The translations under genes and the position numbers were made by a program. The notes below the pieces were generated by a model, which saw only the letters and a program-made list of their open reading frames with translations, did no database searches and had not been told where the DNA came from. This document shows positions 1-9,446 of a DNA stretch of 64,000 bases, piece after piece (within the stretch, counting starts at the first letter, position 1; each line of letters opens with the position of its first letter). The DNA is taken from positions 3,559-67,558 of the forward strand of contig JBFXDS010000017.1 in NCBI GenBank assembly GCA_050180895.1, in the 5' to 3' direction. Source of the stretch: Dongiaceae bacterium (GTDB lineage Bacteria; Pseudomonadota; Alphaproteobacteria; Dongiales; Dongiaceae).

Positions 1-265
1 CGCCCTTGGTCTGCAGGGTGAAGACGCCGTCATACTTCAGCGCGCCGGCGAGCGCCGCGGCCAGCGCCACCAGCTCGCCCAGCCGCTCGGCGACGATCCG
101 CGGGTAGCGATGGCGCTCGAGCACCGCGTCGATCAGCGGGCCGAGCCGCACCAGGCGGCCGCGCACCGCCTGGCCCTCGATCTTGAACGGCTGGATCAGG
201 TCGTCGGCGATGGCCGGGCCCGGCCGCGCGGGCCGGCCGTCGCCCGCCGTGAATTGCATCACCAT
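1..265 (-). CDS. hslO: Hsp33 family redox chaperone, N-terminal part (gene runs off the left edge)
   Basis: Not in the ORF track. Reverse translation from ATG at 265 or 259 gives M(VM)[55 protein letters not shown], a typical Hsp33 N-terminus. Starts a few nt after the argF stop. Confidence 0.7.
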   Translation of the reverse strand, partial: MVMQFTAGDGRPARPGPAIADDLIQPFKIEGQAVRGRLVRLGPLIDAVLERHRYPRIVAERLGELVALAAALAGALKYDGVFTLQTKG

Positions 266-266
266 C

Positions 267-1202
267 TCAGACGAGGCCGAGACACCACGTCAGGATGCCT
301 TTCTGCGCATGCAGGCGGTTCTCGGCTTCGTCCCACACCGCCGATTGCGGCCCGTCGATGACGCCGGTCGTCACCTCCTCGCCGCGGTGCGCCGGCAGGC
401 AATGCATGAAGATCGCCTCCGGCTTTGCCATGGCCATCACCCGATCGTCGACGCGATAGCTGGCCAGCAGGTTGTGGTGCAGGTTGCCGACCGGCTCGTC
501 GCCCATGGAGACCCACACATCCGTGACCACGCAGTCGGCATTGCCGACGGCCGCCGCCACATCGGACGTGACCGTGATCTTGCCGCCCTTGCCGCGCGCC
601 CAGGCCAGCACCGCCGGCGGCGGGCGCAGCGGCTCCGGACAGGCCAGGCGCAGCTCGAAATCGAACTGCACGGCGGCATGGATCCACGAGGCGGCCATGT
701 TGTTGCCGTCGCCGCACCAGGCGACGGTGCGCCCGGCGATCGGCCCCAGATGCTCCTCGAAGGTCATCACATCGGCCATCAGCTGGCAGGGATGGGTGCG
801 GTTGGTCAGACCGTTGATCACCGGCACGGTCGCCGCCTCGGCCATCTCCAGCAGCTTCTCCTCCTTGGTCGTGCGCAGCATGATGACGTCGACATAACGC
901 GACAGCACGCGCGCCGTGTCGGCCACCGTCTCGCCGCGGCCGAGTTGCGAGCCCTGTGCTTCCAGCACCACCACCTCGCCGCCCAGCTGCTTCATGCCCA
1001 GCTCGAACGAAACCCGTGTGCGCGTCGACGGCTTCTCGAAGATCAGCGCCAGCGCCTTGCCGGCCAGCGGCCTGGCCTCGCCGTTGTGCAGGTCGCCCCG
1101 CTTGAACCCGGCGCCGGTCTCCAGCATCCGGCGCAACGCCGGCCGCTCGATGCGGTCGAGGTCGAGGAAATGGCGGATCGGCGCCGCGTCGCCCGCGGGC
1201 AT
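267..1202 (-). CDS. argF: ornithine carbamoyltransferase
   Basis: ORF 267..1274. Motifs [13 protein letters not shown] and [11 protein letters not shown]. Likely start is [16 protein letters not shown] at 1202, 1 nt after the argD stop. Confidence 0.9.
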   Translation of the reverse strand: MPAGDAAPIRHFLDLDRIERPALRRMLETGAGFKRGDLHNGEARPLAGKALALIFEKPSTRTRVSFELGMKQLGGEVVVLEAQGSQLGRGETVADTARVLSRYVDVIMLRTTKEEKLLEMAEAATVPVINGLTNRTHPCQLMADVMTFEEHLGPIAGRTVAWCGDGNNMAASWIHAAVQFDFELRLACPEPLRPPPAVLAWARGKGGKITVTSDVAAAVGNADCVVTDVWVSMGDEPVGNLHHNLLASYRVDDRVMAMAKPEAIFMHCLPAHRGEEVTTGVIDGPQSAVWDEAENRLHAQKGILTWCLGLV

Positions 1203-1203
1203 C

Positions 1204-2418
1204 TCACGCCGCTCCGCGCGCCGCCGGCCAGGTGCCGCAGACCTTGTCGAGGATCGCCAGCGCCTCCTCGACATGACTTTCCGCGATGATCAGCGGCGGC
1301 AGCAGGCGGACGACGTTGTCGCCGGCGCCGACCGTGAGCAATCCGGCATCGCGCAGCTTGTTCACCATCTCCGTGTTCGGGACGACGCATTTGAGGCCGA
1401 GCATCAGCCCGGCGCCGCGCACGTCGACGAGCACCCGGGGATGGCGCTTCGCCAGCGCCCCGACCCTCTCGCGCAGCAGGCGGCCCATCCGCTCGACCTC
1501 GGCGAGGAAGCCGTCGGCCAGCAGGACGTCGAGCACGGCGTTGCCGACGGTCATGGCCAGCGGCCCGCCGCCGAAGGTGCTGCCATGGCTGCCGGGAGTC
1601 AGCGCCTTCGCCACCTTCTCCGTGGCCAGGCAGGCGCCCATGGGAAAGCCGCCGCCGATGCCCTTCGCGGTGGCGAGGATATCGGGCGCGACGCCGGCCC
1701 ATTCATGCGCGAACAGCTTGCCGGTGCGGCCCATGCCGCACTGCACTTCGTCGAAATAGAGCAGCAGACCGTATTCGTCGGCGACCTTGCGCAGCGCCTG
1801 CAGATATTCGGCCGGCGCCGGCCGCATGCCGCCTTCACCCTGCACCGGCTCGATGAGGATCGCCGCCGTCTCGCGCGTGATCGCCGAGCGCAGCTCGTTC
1901 ATGTTGCCGAAGGCGACCTTGTCGAAGCCGTCGACAACAGGATCGAAGCCCTTGAGGTGCTTCTCCTGCCCGCCGGCGGCGATGGTAGCGAGCGTGCGGC
2001 CGTGGAACGCGCCCTCGACGGTGATCACGCGGTAGCGCTCGGGCGCGCCGGCTTCGTCGTGATACTTGCGCGTCAGCTTGAGGCCGCATTCGATCGCCTC
2101 GGCGCCGGAGTTGCAGAAGAACACGCTGTCGGCGAAGCTCGCCGCCGTCAGCCGCTCGGCCAGGCGCTGCTGGCCCGGGATGGTGTAGAGGTTCGACAGG
2201 TGCCAGACCTTCTTCGCCTGTTCGGTCAGCGCGGCCACCAGATGCGGATGCGCATGGCCCAGCGCGGTCACGGCGATGCCGCTGGCGAAATCGAGGTAGC
2301 GCCGCCCGTCGACGGCGTAGAGATAGGCGCCTTCGCCGCGCTCGAAGGCAATCTCCGCGCGCTGATAGGTCGGCATGACCGCTGGGAACACGTGCGGCTT
2401 CCTTTTCTCCAACGGCAA
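1204..2418 (-). CDS. argD: acetylornithine/succinyldiaminopimelate aminotransferase (class III PLP)
   Basis: 404 aa with [48 protein letters not shown]. Start may instead be the internal Met at 2376. Confidence 0.9.
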   Translation of the reverse strand: MPLEKRKPHVFPAVMPTYQRAEIAFERGEGAYLYAVDGRRYLDFASGIAVTALGHAHPHLVAALTEQAKKVWHLSNLYTIPGQQRLAERLTAASFADSVFFCNSGAEAIECGLKLTRKYHDEAGAPERYRVITVEGAFHGRTLATIAAGGQEKHLKGFDPVVDGFDKVAFGNMNELRSAITRETAAILIEPVQGEGGMRPAPAEYLQALRKVADEYGLLLYFDEVQCGMGRTGKLFAHEWAGVAPDILATAKGIGGGFPMGACLATEKVAKALTPGSHGSTFGGGPLAMTVGNAVLDVLLADGFLAEVERMGRLLRERVGALAKRHPRVLVDVRGAGLMLGLKCVVPNTEMVNKLRDAGLLTVGAGDNVVRLLPPLIIAESHVEEALAILDKVCGTWPAARGAA

Positions 2419-2528
2419 TCGTGCCTCGAACCGGCGGCAGGCCTGGGTCGAGGCGCGATCAACCCGTCATTGTCCCGGAAATGCCGAGACTATCGGGAGA
2501 AACCGCGGTCCTGTCAACTTAGGCGGGC

Positions 2529-3428
2529 TCAGTAGATCCGCGTCACGCGGTAGCCCCGATCCGCCAGCAGCTGCAGGATTCCCTGCTCGCCCGGCAGATG
2601 CAGGGCGCCGACGGCGACGAAGGCGTTGCCCTGCTGCAGCAGCTTGCCCATGCGCTCGACCATGCGGCGATTGCGCGCCACGATCAGCCGCTGCTCCAGG
2701 CGGGAGAAAACGCCGCTGCCGTCGTTGCCCTTGGCGGCGTTCAGCAGGTCGTAGACGGCGACCAGGTCGCGCGCCAGGTAGGCATCGCGCAGGGTGGCGA
2801 ACAGGCGCTCGATCTCGCCGGCCTGCTCGAGCGTCGAGGCCAGCAGCAGCACCTGGTCGGCGTCGGTCATGCCGTCGAGAGCCTCGATCTGCTCCTCGAC
2901 GGTCTCCAGCCCGATCACGGTCTTGCCGGCGGCCTCGGCTTGCGCGCGCAGCGCCTCGTCGAGCGGCTTCTGGCCGGCCGCGACCCGCAAATGCTCGGCC
3001 GGCGGCAGGCTGAACAGGATCATCGCGCCCCACGGCTTGAACCGGCTCACCATCGACACGGGCATGCGGTAGTGCGCCGCCGCGTCCCGCAGCCGCGCCG
3101 TCTGGTCCGGCGTCAGCAGCGCGTCCAGCCGCTGGCCGCCCGGCAGCAGCATGGCGCGGGACAGCTTGAGGACCGCCGTGTTGTCGAGCACCGCCTCGAT
3201 CGCCAGCGACTGCGCCTGCGCGAACGCCCGGCCGACCGAATCGGGCAGCGCCGTGACCCGCTCGTCGCTCAAATGCAGCGTGCCGAAGACGTAGCTCGTG
3301 TTCTTCTGGACGCCGTCGATCCGCCACAGCACGCCGTCGGCGTACGGCATCGTTCCGGCGCGGACAGCAGGTGCGGCGAACAGACCGACGACGGCAATCA
3401 GGATGGCAAGCAAACGGTGCAGCGACAT
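2529..3428 (-). CDS. TraB/GumN family protein (secreted)
   Basis: ORF 2529..3620. Signal-like MSLHRLLAILIAVVGLFAAPAVRA then GTLHLSD and VAVGALHLPGEQG motifs. The part upstream of 3428 is translation of a repeat element, so the start is set at Met 3428. Confidence 0.75.
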   Translation of the reverse strand: MSLHRLLAILIAVVGLFAAPAVRAGTMPYADGVLWRIDGVQKNTSYVFGTLHLSDERVTALPDSVGRAFAQAQSLAIEAVLDNTAVLKLSRAMLLPGGQRLDALLTPDQTARLRDAAAHYRMPVSMVSRFKPWGAMILFSLPPAEHLRVAAGQKPLDEALRAQAEAAGKTVIGLETVEEQIEALDGMTDADQVLLLASTLEQAGEIERLFATLRDAYLARDLVAVYDLLNAAKGNDGSGVFSRLEQRLIVARNRRMVERMGKLLQQGNAFVAVGALHLPGEQGILQLLADRGYRVTRIY

Positions 3429-3517
3429 GACGATTCCGCCGGTGACGACGAATGGATAACCGGCAGTTAAACCGCGTGCCGTTAACAAGCGGTGAACGAG
3501 GCCAGGATTCGGCGCTG

Positions 3518-3600
3518 TGCGTCCTTCGACAAGCTGAGGATGAGGGACGTTCTTCGTGCCACCAAGACTTTCCCTCATCCTCAGCTTGTCGAAGGACGCA
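3518..3600 (-). repeat. 83-nt hairpin MITE/REP-like element, copy a (inverted orientation)
   Basis: Arms TGCGTCCTTCGACAAGCTGAGGATGAGGG / CCCTCATCCTCAGCTTGTCGAAGGACGCA. The loop is the reverse complement of the loop in the other copies. Lies between yidC and the GumN gene. Confidence 0.9.
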
Positions 3601-3636
3601 CAGGCGGGCAGGCCACCCACCGGTCCCGACGCCCCT

Positions 3637-5670
3637 CTACATCCGCTTCTTCGGTTTCCGGGCCGGCCGCTTCTCGGCTTTTTCCAGCGCCGGTTCCGCC
3701 GTCGCTTGTGCCGTGCCCTCCCGCTCCTCCGCCGGTTGTTCCGGCTTCGCCTCCGCCTGCTTCTGCTCCAGCTTCCGCGCCGCGGCTTGCGTCTCGGCCC
3801 GCTCGTCGAGGCGCTTCAGCAGCCATTGCTGGGCGATCGACAGCAGGTTGTTCCAGGCCCAGTAGATGACGAGGCCGGCGGCGAAGGGCGCCAGCATGAA
3901 GGTGAAGACGATCGGCAGCAGCATGAAGATCTTCGCCTGCACCGGATCGGGCGGCGGCGGATTCATCTTCTGCTGCAGGAACATCGTCACGCCCATGACC
4001 AGCGGCCACACGCCGATGCTCAGCAGGTGGAGCGGCCCGAGGTCGGGCACGCTGTAGGGCAGCAGGCCGAAGAGATTGAGGATCGACGTCGGGTCCGGCG
4101 CCGAGAGATCCCTGATCCAGCCGAAGAACGGCGCGTGCCGCATCTCGATGGTGACGTACAGTACCTGGTAGAGGGCGATGAAGACCGGGATCTGCACGAC
4201 GATCGGCAGGCAGCCCGCCGCCGGGTTGACCTTCTCGCGCTTGTACAGCGCCATCATCTCCTGGTTGAGGCGGGCCTTGTCCTCGCCGAAGCGCTGGCGC
4301 AGCTCCTGCATCAGCGGCGCCAGCTTCTTCATCTTGTTCATCGCCCGGTAGGATTTGTTGGCCAGCCAGAAGAAGGCGATCTTCACCAGCACCGTCAGCA
4401 GCATGATGGCGATGCCGAAATTGCCGACCGCCGAGTAGATGATGTCCAGCAGGTAGAAGAGCGGCTTGGCGATGAGGGTGAGGAAGTAGCCGAGATAGCC
4501 GGAGAAATCGACCGCGCGGTCGAACAGCGGAATGGGCGCGCCGCCGAACGCTCCGTCGCGATAGTCGTCGAGCAGCCGCACTTCCTTCGCCCCGGCGAAT
4601 AGACGGGCCTGCATTTCGGCGCTGGCGCCCGGCGCGATACTGAGCGTCGCCCCGAGATAATCCGTCTGGTAGATGTCAGTCGCGTCAGCCTGCCACCAGC
4701 GGTAGCAGGCGGTGAGTTGCTGCTTGCTGTCGGGCACAAGCGCAACGAGCCAGTACTTGTCGGTGATGCCGAGCCACCCGCCCACGCTCTCGAATCGGTC
4801 GTTGACATGGCATCCGTCGGGGGCTTTGAGCGTTCCGTTCAGGTAACCCTGCTCCTGATAGTCCTCCGGCACGTCGTGGTACTGCTTCTCGTACAGCCGG
4901 TATTTTGCGTCTTCACCCACGTTGCCGAAGACGCCCATCGGCCCCTCGTGCAGTATCTGCGTGATGCCGACCCCGGGGATGCCGGTGCGCTGGATGCGGC
5001 CGAACGGATAGAGCGTGATCGGCTCGGCACCGTGGTTCTCGACTCGCTGTGTCACGGTGAACATGTAGTCCTTGTCCAGCGTGAACACGCGCGTGAAGCG
5101 CACGCCCTTGCCGTTGTCCCAGGTCAGCGTCAGCGGCTTCTCTGGCGTCAGCTTGTCCCCGTCGGCCTGCCAAATCGTGTCATCACCGGGCAGATCCGTG
5201 TCCTGGCCGGTCCAACCCAGCTCGGCGAAGTAGGCTTTGGCCGCGCCTCGGGGCGACAGCAACACGATGTTCGGGCTACCCGGCTCGACCTTCTCGCGAT
5301 ATTTCGCGAGCACGACGTCGTCGAGGCGGCCGCCCTTCAGCGCGATCGAGCCCTTCAGCTGCGGCGAGTCGATGGCGACGCGCGGCGACTGCGCCAGAGC
5401 CGTGGCGCGGTCGACCAGCGCCGCCGCCGTTGCTGGCGCGGCGGTGCCGGGAAGCGTGCCTGGAGCCGCCGCCCCCGGCGCCGGCTGTTGCTGTTGCTGT
5501 TGCTGCTGCTGTTGTTGTTGCTGCTGGGCCTGCTGCGCCTGCTGGGCTTCCTGCGCCGCCTGCTGCTGCGCCTGCATCTGCTCCAGCCGCGGCTTCTCGT
5601 ACAGGAAGTAGAAGCCGATGTAGATGACGGCGGAGATGGCGATGGCCAGGAAGAGGTTGCGTTGGTCCAT
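3637..5670 (-). CDS. yidC: membrane protein insertase YidC
   Basis: 677 aa. N-terminal TM, large periplasmic domain and a C-terminal 5-TM core (PLFYLLD..NKSYRAMNKMKKLAPLMQELRQRF..MMALYKREKVNP). Contains a poly-Gln tract after TM1 and a Lys-rich tail. Confidence 0.95.
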   Translation of the reverse strand: MDQRNLFLAIAISAVIYIGFYFLYEKPRLEQMQAQQQAAQEAQQAQQAQQQQQQQQQQQQQQPAPGAAAPGTLPGTAAPATAAALVDRATALAQSPRVAIDSPQLKGSIALKGGRLDDVVLAKYREKVEPGSPNIVLLSPRGAAKAYFAELGWTGQDTDLPGDDTIWQADGDKLTPEKPLTLTWDNGKGVRFTRVFTLDKDYMFTVTQRVENHGAEPITLYPFGRIQRTGIPGVGITQILHEGPMGVFGNVGEDAKYRLYEKQYHDVPEDYQEQGYLNGTLKAPDGCHVNDRFESVGGWLGITDKYWLVALVPDSKQQLTACYRWWQADATDIYQTDYLGATLSIAPGASAEMQARLFAGAKEVRLLDDYRDGAFGGAPIPLFDRAVDFSGYLGYFLTLIAKPLFYLLDIIYSAVGNFGIAIMLLTVLVKIAFFWLANKSYRAMNKMKKLAPLMQELRQRFGEDKARLNQEMMALYKREKVNPAAGCLPIVVQIPVFIALYQVLYVTIEMRHAPFFGWIRDLSAPDPTSILNLFGLLPYSVPDLGPLHLLSIGVWPLVMGVTMFLQQKMNPPPPDPVQAKIFMLLPIVFTFMLAPFAAGLVIYWAWNNLLSIAQQWLLKRLDERAETQAAARKLEQKQAEAKPEQPAEEREGTAQATAEPALEKAEKRPARKPKKRM
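5485..5526 (-). repeat. in-frame (CAG/CAA)14 trinucleotide tract encoding poly-Gln in YidC
   Basis: The plus strand reads ctgttgctgttgctgttgctgctgctgttgttgttgctgctg. It translates to a run of 14 Q inside a Q/A-rich linker. Confidence 0.9.
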
Positions 5671-5709
5671 AATTCCGGTTCCGGCGCGCGAGTCGGCGGG
5701 CCTTGTCGA

Positions 5710-5973
5710 TCAGCTCGATGGGTGATGGGGATGCGGGCAGGACGGGCCGACAGGATCGGGCACCGGATCGTAGCCGTGCCCGCCCCAGGGATGGCAGCGC
5801 AGCAGCCGCCGCAGGGCGAGCCAGCCGCCGCGCATCGCGCCGTGCCGCTCGATGGCCTCGCGGGCATAGTCGGAGCAGGTCGGCAGATAGCGGCAGGTGC
5901 GCGGCAGCACCGGCGAAAGGCCGTACTGATAGAGGCGGATCAGGCCGATGCAGAGCGCCCGCTCAGGCCGCAT
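5710..5973 (-). CDS. yidD: membrane protein insertion efficiency factor YidD
   Basis: [52 protein letters not shown]. Start set at Met 5973; overlaps the rnpA 3' end. Confidence 0.85.
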   Translation of the reverse strand: MRPERALCIGLIRLYQYGLSPVLPRTCRYLPTCSDYAREAIERHGAMRGGWLALRRLLRCHPWGGHGYDPVPDPVGPSCPHPHHPSS

Positions 5974-6379
5974 GGCTGTTCCCCGCGCGCCCCTCGGCGG
6001 TCCTGGTCTCGGCATCGTCGCGGTACAGTCCCAAACGCTTCAAGCCGGCCTCGAGATCCGCAGTCAGATCGCTGAAGCGCCGCGTCAGTGTCCCGGCGCG
6101 GGCGATCAGAACATAGTCATGGGCCGGCTGCGCATGGCGCGGCAGCACCGCCGCCGCCGCCGCCCGCAGCCGCCGCCGCGCCCGGTTGCGGACCACGGCA
6201 TTGCCGACCTTGGCGCTGGCCGTGAAGCCGACGCGCGCCGGCGCGATATCGTCTGTTCCTGCATCGGCATCATGCTGTCTGAGCGCCTGGAGGATGAGCC
6301 CGGGGGCGACCCACTTGCGGCGCCCGCCGGCCACCCGCAGGAAATCCGGCCGGCGCTTGAGGCGCGCGACCGCGATCAT
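5963..6379 (-). CDS. rnpA: ribonuclease P protein component
   Basis: 138 aa basic protein ([26 protein letters not shown]) in the canonical rpmH-rnpA-yidD-yidC order. Confidence 0.85.
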   Translation of the reverse strand: MIAVARLKRRPDFLRVAGGRRKWVAPGLILQALRQHDADAGTDDIAPARVGFTASAKVGNAVVRNRARRRLRAAAAAVLPRHAQPAHDYVLIARAGTLTRRFSDLTADLEAGLKRLGLYRDDAETRTAEGRAGNSHAA

Positions 6380-6385
6380 CGCCGG

Positions 6386-6520
6386 TCAGGCCGACAGACG
6401 CTTGCGGCCCTTGGCGCGGCGGCGGGCCAGCACCGTCCGGCCCCCGACGGTGGCCATGCGTGCCCGGAACCCATGGCGACGCTTGCGGACCAGCACACTC
6501 GGCTGATAGGTGCGCTTCAC
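6386..6520 (-). CDS. rpmH: 50S ribosomal protein L34
   Basis: Too short for the ORF track. Reverse strand GTG start gives (M)[43 protein letters not shown], 44 aa, directly upstream of rnpA. Confidence 0.9.
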   Translation of the reverse strand: MKRTYQPSVLVRKRRHGFRARMATVGGRTVLARRRAKGRKRLSA

Positions 6521-6778
6521 GTTTTGACTCCGTTATTGACGGCTGAGATCGTCTCAGATGCGGGCGGTTGTATAAGGGGTCGGTTCTGGCGAGTCAACGC
6601 ATGAATGCCGGGAGCCTGCCGCAAATCATCGAAATTCCAGTGGCTTAACAAGCCGTCGCTCACGCCCGCGTCACCGCACGGTGAATGGTCCGCCGGCCGC
6701 CACGATGCTACAAGACCGGGCGCGGCCGTCCCCGGGGGACGGCTCCCTGCGCGGGCGGATTCGGAAAAGCGAGGCGGC

Positions 6779-7513
6779 ATGGGCGGCGGCGCGGTTCGGT
6801 CGGGCGGAGCGCGGTCGCTCATGCGGCTGGCGCCGCTGCTCGTCCTGCTCGCCGGCCTCGGGCTGTTTTTCGCCTTCGGCCTGCAGGAGCAGCTGAGCTG
6901 CGCCGCCCTGCGCGCCAACCGCGACGGGCTCCAGAGCTGGGTCGGCGACCATCGCCTGCCGGCCGTCCTGCTGTTCATGGCCGGCTATGCCGCCGCCGTC
7001 GCCCTCTCGGTCCCCGGCGCCGTGGTGATGACCGTCGCCGCCGGCCTCCTGTTCGGCACCGTCGCCGCGACGGCGATGGTGGTGGTTGCCGCCACGCTCG
7101 GCGCCACCCTGCTGTTCCTCGCCGCCCGCACGATGTTCCGCGAGCTGCTGGAGGCGCGCGCCGGTCCCTGGCTGGCGCGGCTGCAGCGCGGCTTCGCCGA
7201 GAACGAGCTGAGCTACCTGCTGGTGCTGCGGCTGGTGCCGCTGGTGCCGTTCTTCGTCGTCAACCTCGTGCCGGCGTTTCTCGGCGTACGGCTGCGCAAC
7301 TTCGTGCTCGCCACCCTGTTCGGCATCATCCCCGGGACCCTGGTGTTCGCCGGCATCGGCGCCGGCCTCGGCAGCATCGTCGATGCGGGCGACGCCTGCG
7401 CGCCGGCCCAGCTGCTGCGGCCGCAGGTCCTTCTCCCGCTCCTCGGCCTCGCCCTCCTCGCCCTCGCCCCGGTGATCTACAAACATGTCGCGGCGCGGCG
7501 CCGGTCCTCGTGA
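6779..7513 (+). CDS. TVP38/TMEM64 (DedA-related) family membrane protein
   Basis: ORF 6605..7513 with multi-TM LLFMAGYAAAVALSVPGAVVMTVAAGLLFG..YLLVLRLVPLVPFFVVNLVPAFLGV. Start uncertain (6779 or 6821). Confidence 0.75.
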   Translation: MGGGAVRSGGARSLMRLAPLLVLLAGLGLFFAFGLQEQLSCAALRANRDGLQSWVGDHRLPAVLLFMAGYAAAVALSVPGAVVMTVAAGLLFGTVAATAMVVVAATLGATLLFLAARTMFRELLEARAGPWLARLQRGFAENELSYLLVLRLVPLVPFFVVNLVPAFLGVRLRNFVLATLFGIIPGTLVFAGIGAGLGSIVDAGDACAPAQLLRPQVLLPLLGLALLALAPVIYKHVAARRRSS

Positions 7514-7556
7514 AGCGCTTTCAAAAGAACGACTCACATCGTTTGCACCACCAGGG

Positions 7557-7657
7557 TGCATCCGTCGACAGGCTCAGGATGAGGAGAATTCTTGGTGGCA
7601 GAAAGAAAGTCCCTCATCCTGAGCCTGGTCCCCGGGTTAAACCCGGGGAAGGACGCA
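7557..7657 (+). repeat. hairpin MITE/REP-like element, copy b, with a 21-nt nested palindromic insertion
   Basis: Left arm TGCATCCGTCGACAGGCTCAGGATGAGG. The right arm CCCTCATCCTGAGCCTG..AAGGACGCA is interrupted at 7628-7648 by GTCCCCGGGTTAAACCCGGGG in place of TCG. Confidence 0.85.
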
Positions 7658-7703
7658 CGATGTTGATCCAAGCCTACATGCAGAAGCGATCCATCCGACC
7701 GGC

Positions 7704-9128
7704 ATGACCTCGCTGCTGACTCCCGACATTTGCGTCATCGGCGCCGGCTCGGCCGGCTTGAGCGTGGCCGCCGGCGCCGCCCAGCTCGGCGCCGAGACCG
7801 TGCTGATCGAGGCGCACAAGATGGGCGGCGACTGCCTGAACTACGGCTGCGTGCCGTCGAAGGCGCTGCTCGCGGCCGCCCACGCCGCGGCCGCGGCGCG
7901 CGGCGCCGACCGCCTCGGCATCCGCGTCGGCGAGCCGGCGGTCGATTTCCGCGCCGTCCACGACCACGTCCGGTCCGTGATCGCCGCCATCGCGCCGCAG
8001 GATTCGGAGGAGCGCTTCGCCGGCCTCGGCGTGCGCGTCCTGCGCGCCCAGGCGCGCTTCACCGGCCCGCGCGAGCTCGCCGCCGGCGACTGGGCCGTCC
8101 GCGCCCGCCGCTTCGTCATCGCCACCGGCTCGCGCCCGCTGCTGCCGCCGATCCCCGGCCTCGAGCGCGTGCCCCTGCTCACCAACGAGACCGTGTTCGA
8201 TCTCACCGAGCGTCCCCGCCATCTGCTGGTCCTCGGCGGCGGCCCGATCGGCTGCGAGCTGGCGCAGGCGTTTCGCCGCCTGGGCGCGACCGCCACCATT
8301 GTGGAGATGGCGACGCTGCTGCCCCAGGACGATCCGGAGCTGGTCGAGGTCGTCCGCCGGCAACTGCGCGCCGACGGCGTCGCCCTGCACGAGCGCACCC
8401 GCGTCGTCGGCGTCGAGCCGGACGGCGACGGCGTCGCGCTGCTGACCGAGGGCGCCGGCGCGCCGGCGCGCCTCGCCGGCAGCCATCTCCTCGTCGCCGC
8501 CGGCCGCCGCGCCAACGTCGCGGACCTCGATCTCGCCGCGGCCGGCATCGCCCACAGCGGCGATGCCATCGCGCTCGACGCCCGGCTGCGCACCAGCAAC
8601 CGCCGCGTCTACGCCATCGGCGACGCCGCCGGCGGGCTGCAATTCACCCATCTCGCCGGCTATCATGCGGGCATCGTGATCCGCAACGCGCTGTTCCGCT
8701 GGCCGGCGCGCGTCGACCAGCGCGCCCTGCCCTGGGTGACCTACACCGCGCCCGAGCTGGCCCAGGTCGGCGTGAGCGAAGCCGCGGCGCGGGCGGCCGG
8801 ACGCGCGGTGCAGGTGCTGCGCTGGCCGTTCGCCGAGAACGACCGCGCGCAGACGGGACGCGCGACCGACGGACTGGTCAAGGCGATCGTCACCCCGCGC
8901 GGCCGCATCCTCGGCGCCGCGATCGTCGGGGCCGAGGCCGGCGAGCTGATCCAGCCCTGGGTTCTGGCCATCGCCAACCGGCTCAAGATCTCCACCCTCG
9001 CCACCATGATCGTCCCCTACCCCACCCGCGGCGAGGCCGGCAAGCGTGCCGCGGGAAGCTTCTACGCCCCCAAGCTGTTCTCCCGCCGGACGCGCGCGCT
9101 GGTCCGCGTCCTGCGCTGGTTCGGTTGA
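7704..9128 (+). CDS. FAD-dependent pyridine nucleotide-disulfide oxidoreductase (dihydrolipoyl dehydrogenase / mercuric-reductase-like)
   Basis: 474 aa. ICVIGAGSAGLS, redox-active GGDCLNYGCVPSK, second Rossmann LLVLGGGPIGCELAQ and a C-terminal dimerisation domain. Follows the TVP38 gene, a recurrent pairing. Confidence 0.85.
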   Translation: MTSLLTPDICVIGAGSAGLSVAAGAAQLGAETVLIEAHKMGGDCLNYGCVPSKALLAAAHAAAAARGADRLGIRVGEPAVDFRAVHDHVRSVIAAIAPQDSEERFAGLGVRVLRAQARFTGPRELAAGDWAVRARRFVIATGSRPLLPPIPGLERVPLLTNETVFDLTERPRHLLVLGGGPIGCELAQAFRRLGATATIVEMATLLPQDDPELVEVVRRQLRADGVALHERTRVVGVEPDGDGVALLTEGAGAPARLAGSHLLVAAGRRANVADLDLAAAGIAHSGDAIALDARLRTSNRRVYAIGDAAGGLQFTHLAGYHAGIVIRNALFRWPARVDQRALPWVTYTAPELAQVGVSEAAARAAGRAVQVLRWPFAENDRAQTGRATDGLVKAIVTPRGRILGAAIVGAEAGELIQPWVLAIANRLKISTLATMIVPYPTRGEAGKRAAGSFYAPKLFSRRTRALVRVLRWFG

Positions 9129-9172
9129 CCAAGTTGACCGCGGAGGCGCAGGAACCAGAGGAGAAATGAAAC

Positions 9173-9250
9173 CGCAGATGAACACAGATGAACGCGAATT
9201 TGGCAGCCGCCCCATCGGCTGTCGTCAGCGCTCATGTGCGCTCATCCGCG
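9173..9250. repeat. imperfect palindromic element (CAGATGAAC-type)
   Basis: Left arm CGCAGATGAACACAGATGAACGCG faces an imperfect complement CGCTCATGTGCGCTCATCCGCG. Off-frame translations resemble the QMNTDE / SSAF peptides typical of a dispersed alphaproteobacterial repeat. Confidence 0.5.
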
Positions 9251-9314
9251 TTCCTCCGCGGCTCCCTTGTACAGCGTCTCCCAAAAGCGCTTCCTATCGC
9301 TTGCATGACTGTCG

Positions 9315-9397
9315 TGCATCCTTCGACAAGCTCAGGATGAGGGGTAGTCTTTGTGGCAGAAAGAAAAACCCTCATCCTGAGCTTGTCGAAGGACGCA
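9315..9397 (+). repeat. 83-nt hairpin MITE/REP-like element, copy c
   Basis: TGCATCCTTCGACAAGCTCAGGATGAGGG..loop..CCCTCATCCTGAGCTTGTCGAAGGACGCA. Confidence 0.9.
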
Positions 9398-9446
9398 CGG
9401 CGCTGATCCCGACTTCGCACGGCAGCCGGTCGGTTTCTAAGATTCG

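Noticed and set aside
868-894. A fourth exact TGTCGA-N17-CGAC match, on the minus strand inside argF.
   Set aside because: It lies in the middle of the argF coding sequence (codes [10 protein letters not shown]) and lacks the extended TGTCGAT..CGACT flanks. About 0.1-0.3 chance hits are expected in 128 kb of two-strand GC-rich sequence. It is kept as a caveat for the promoter claim.
916-2535. Very long antisense or off-frame ORFs (916..2535 +, 7674..9215 -, 9372..12344 -, 15806..17794 +, 41157..43286 +, 43868..45340 -, 49992..52145 -, 54378..55946 +, 61083..63104 -) as genes.
   Set aside because: Each lies opposite or out of frame to an ORF with clear family motifs. Their Arg/Ala/Gly/Pro-dominated composition is the usual shadow-ORF signature of high-GC genomes.
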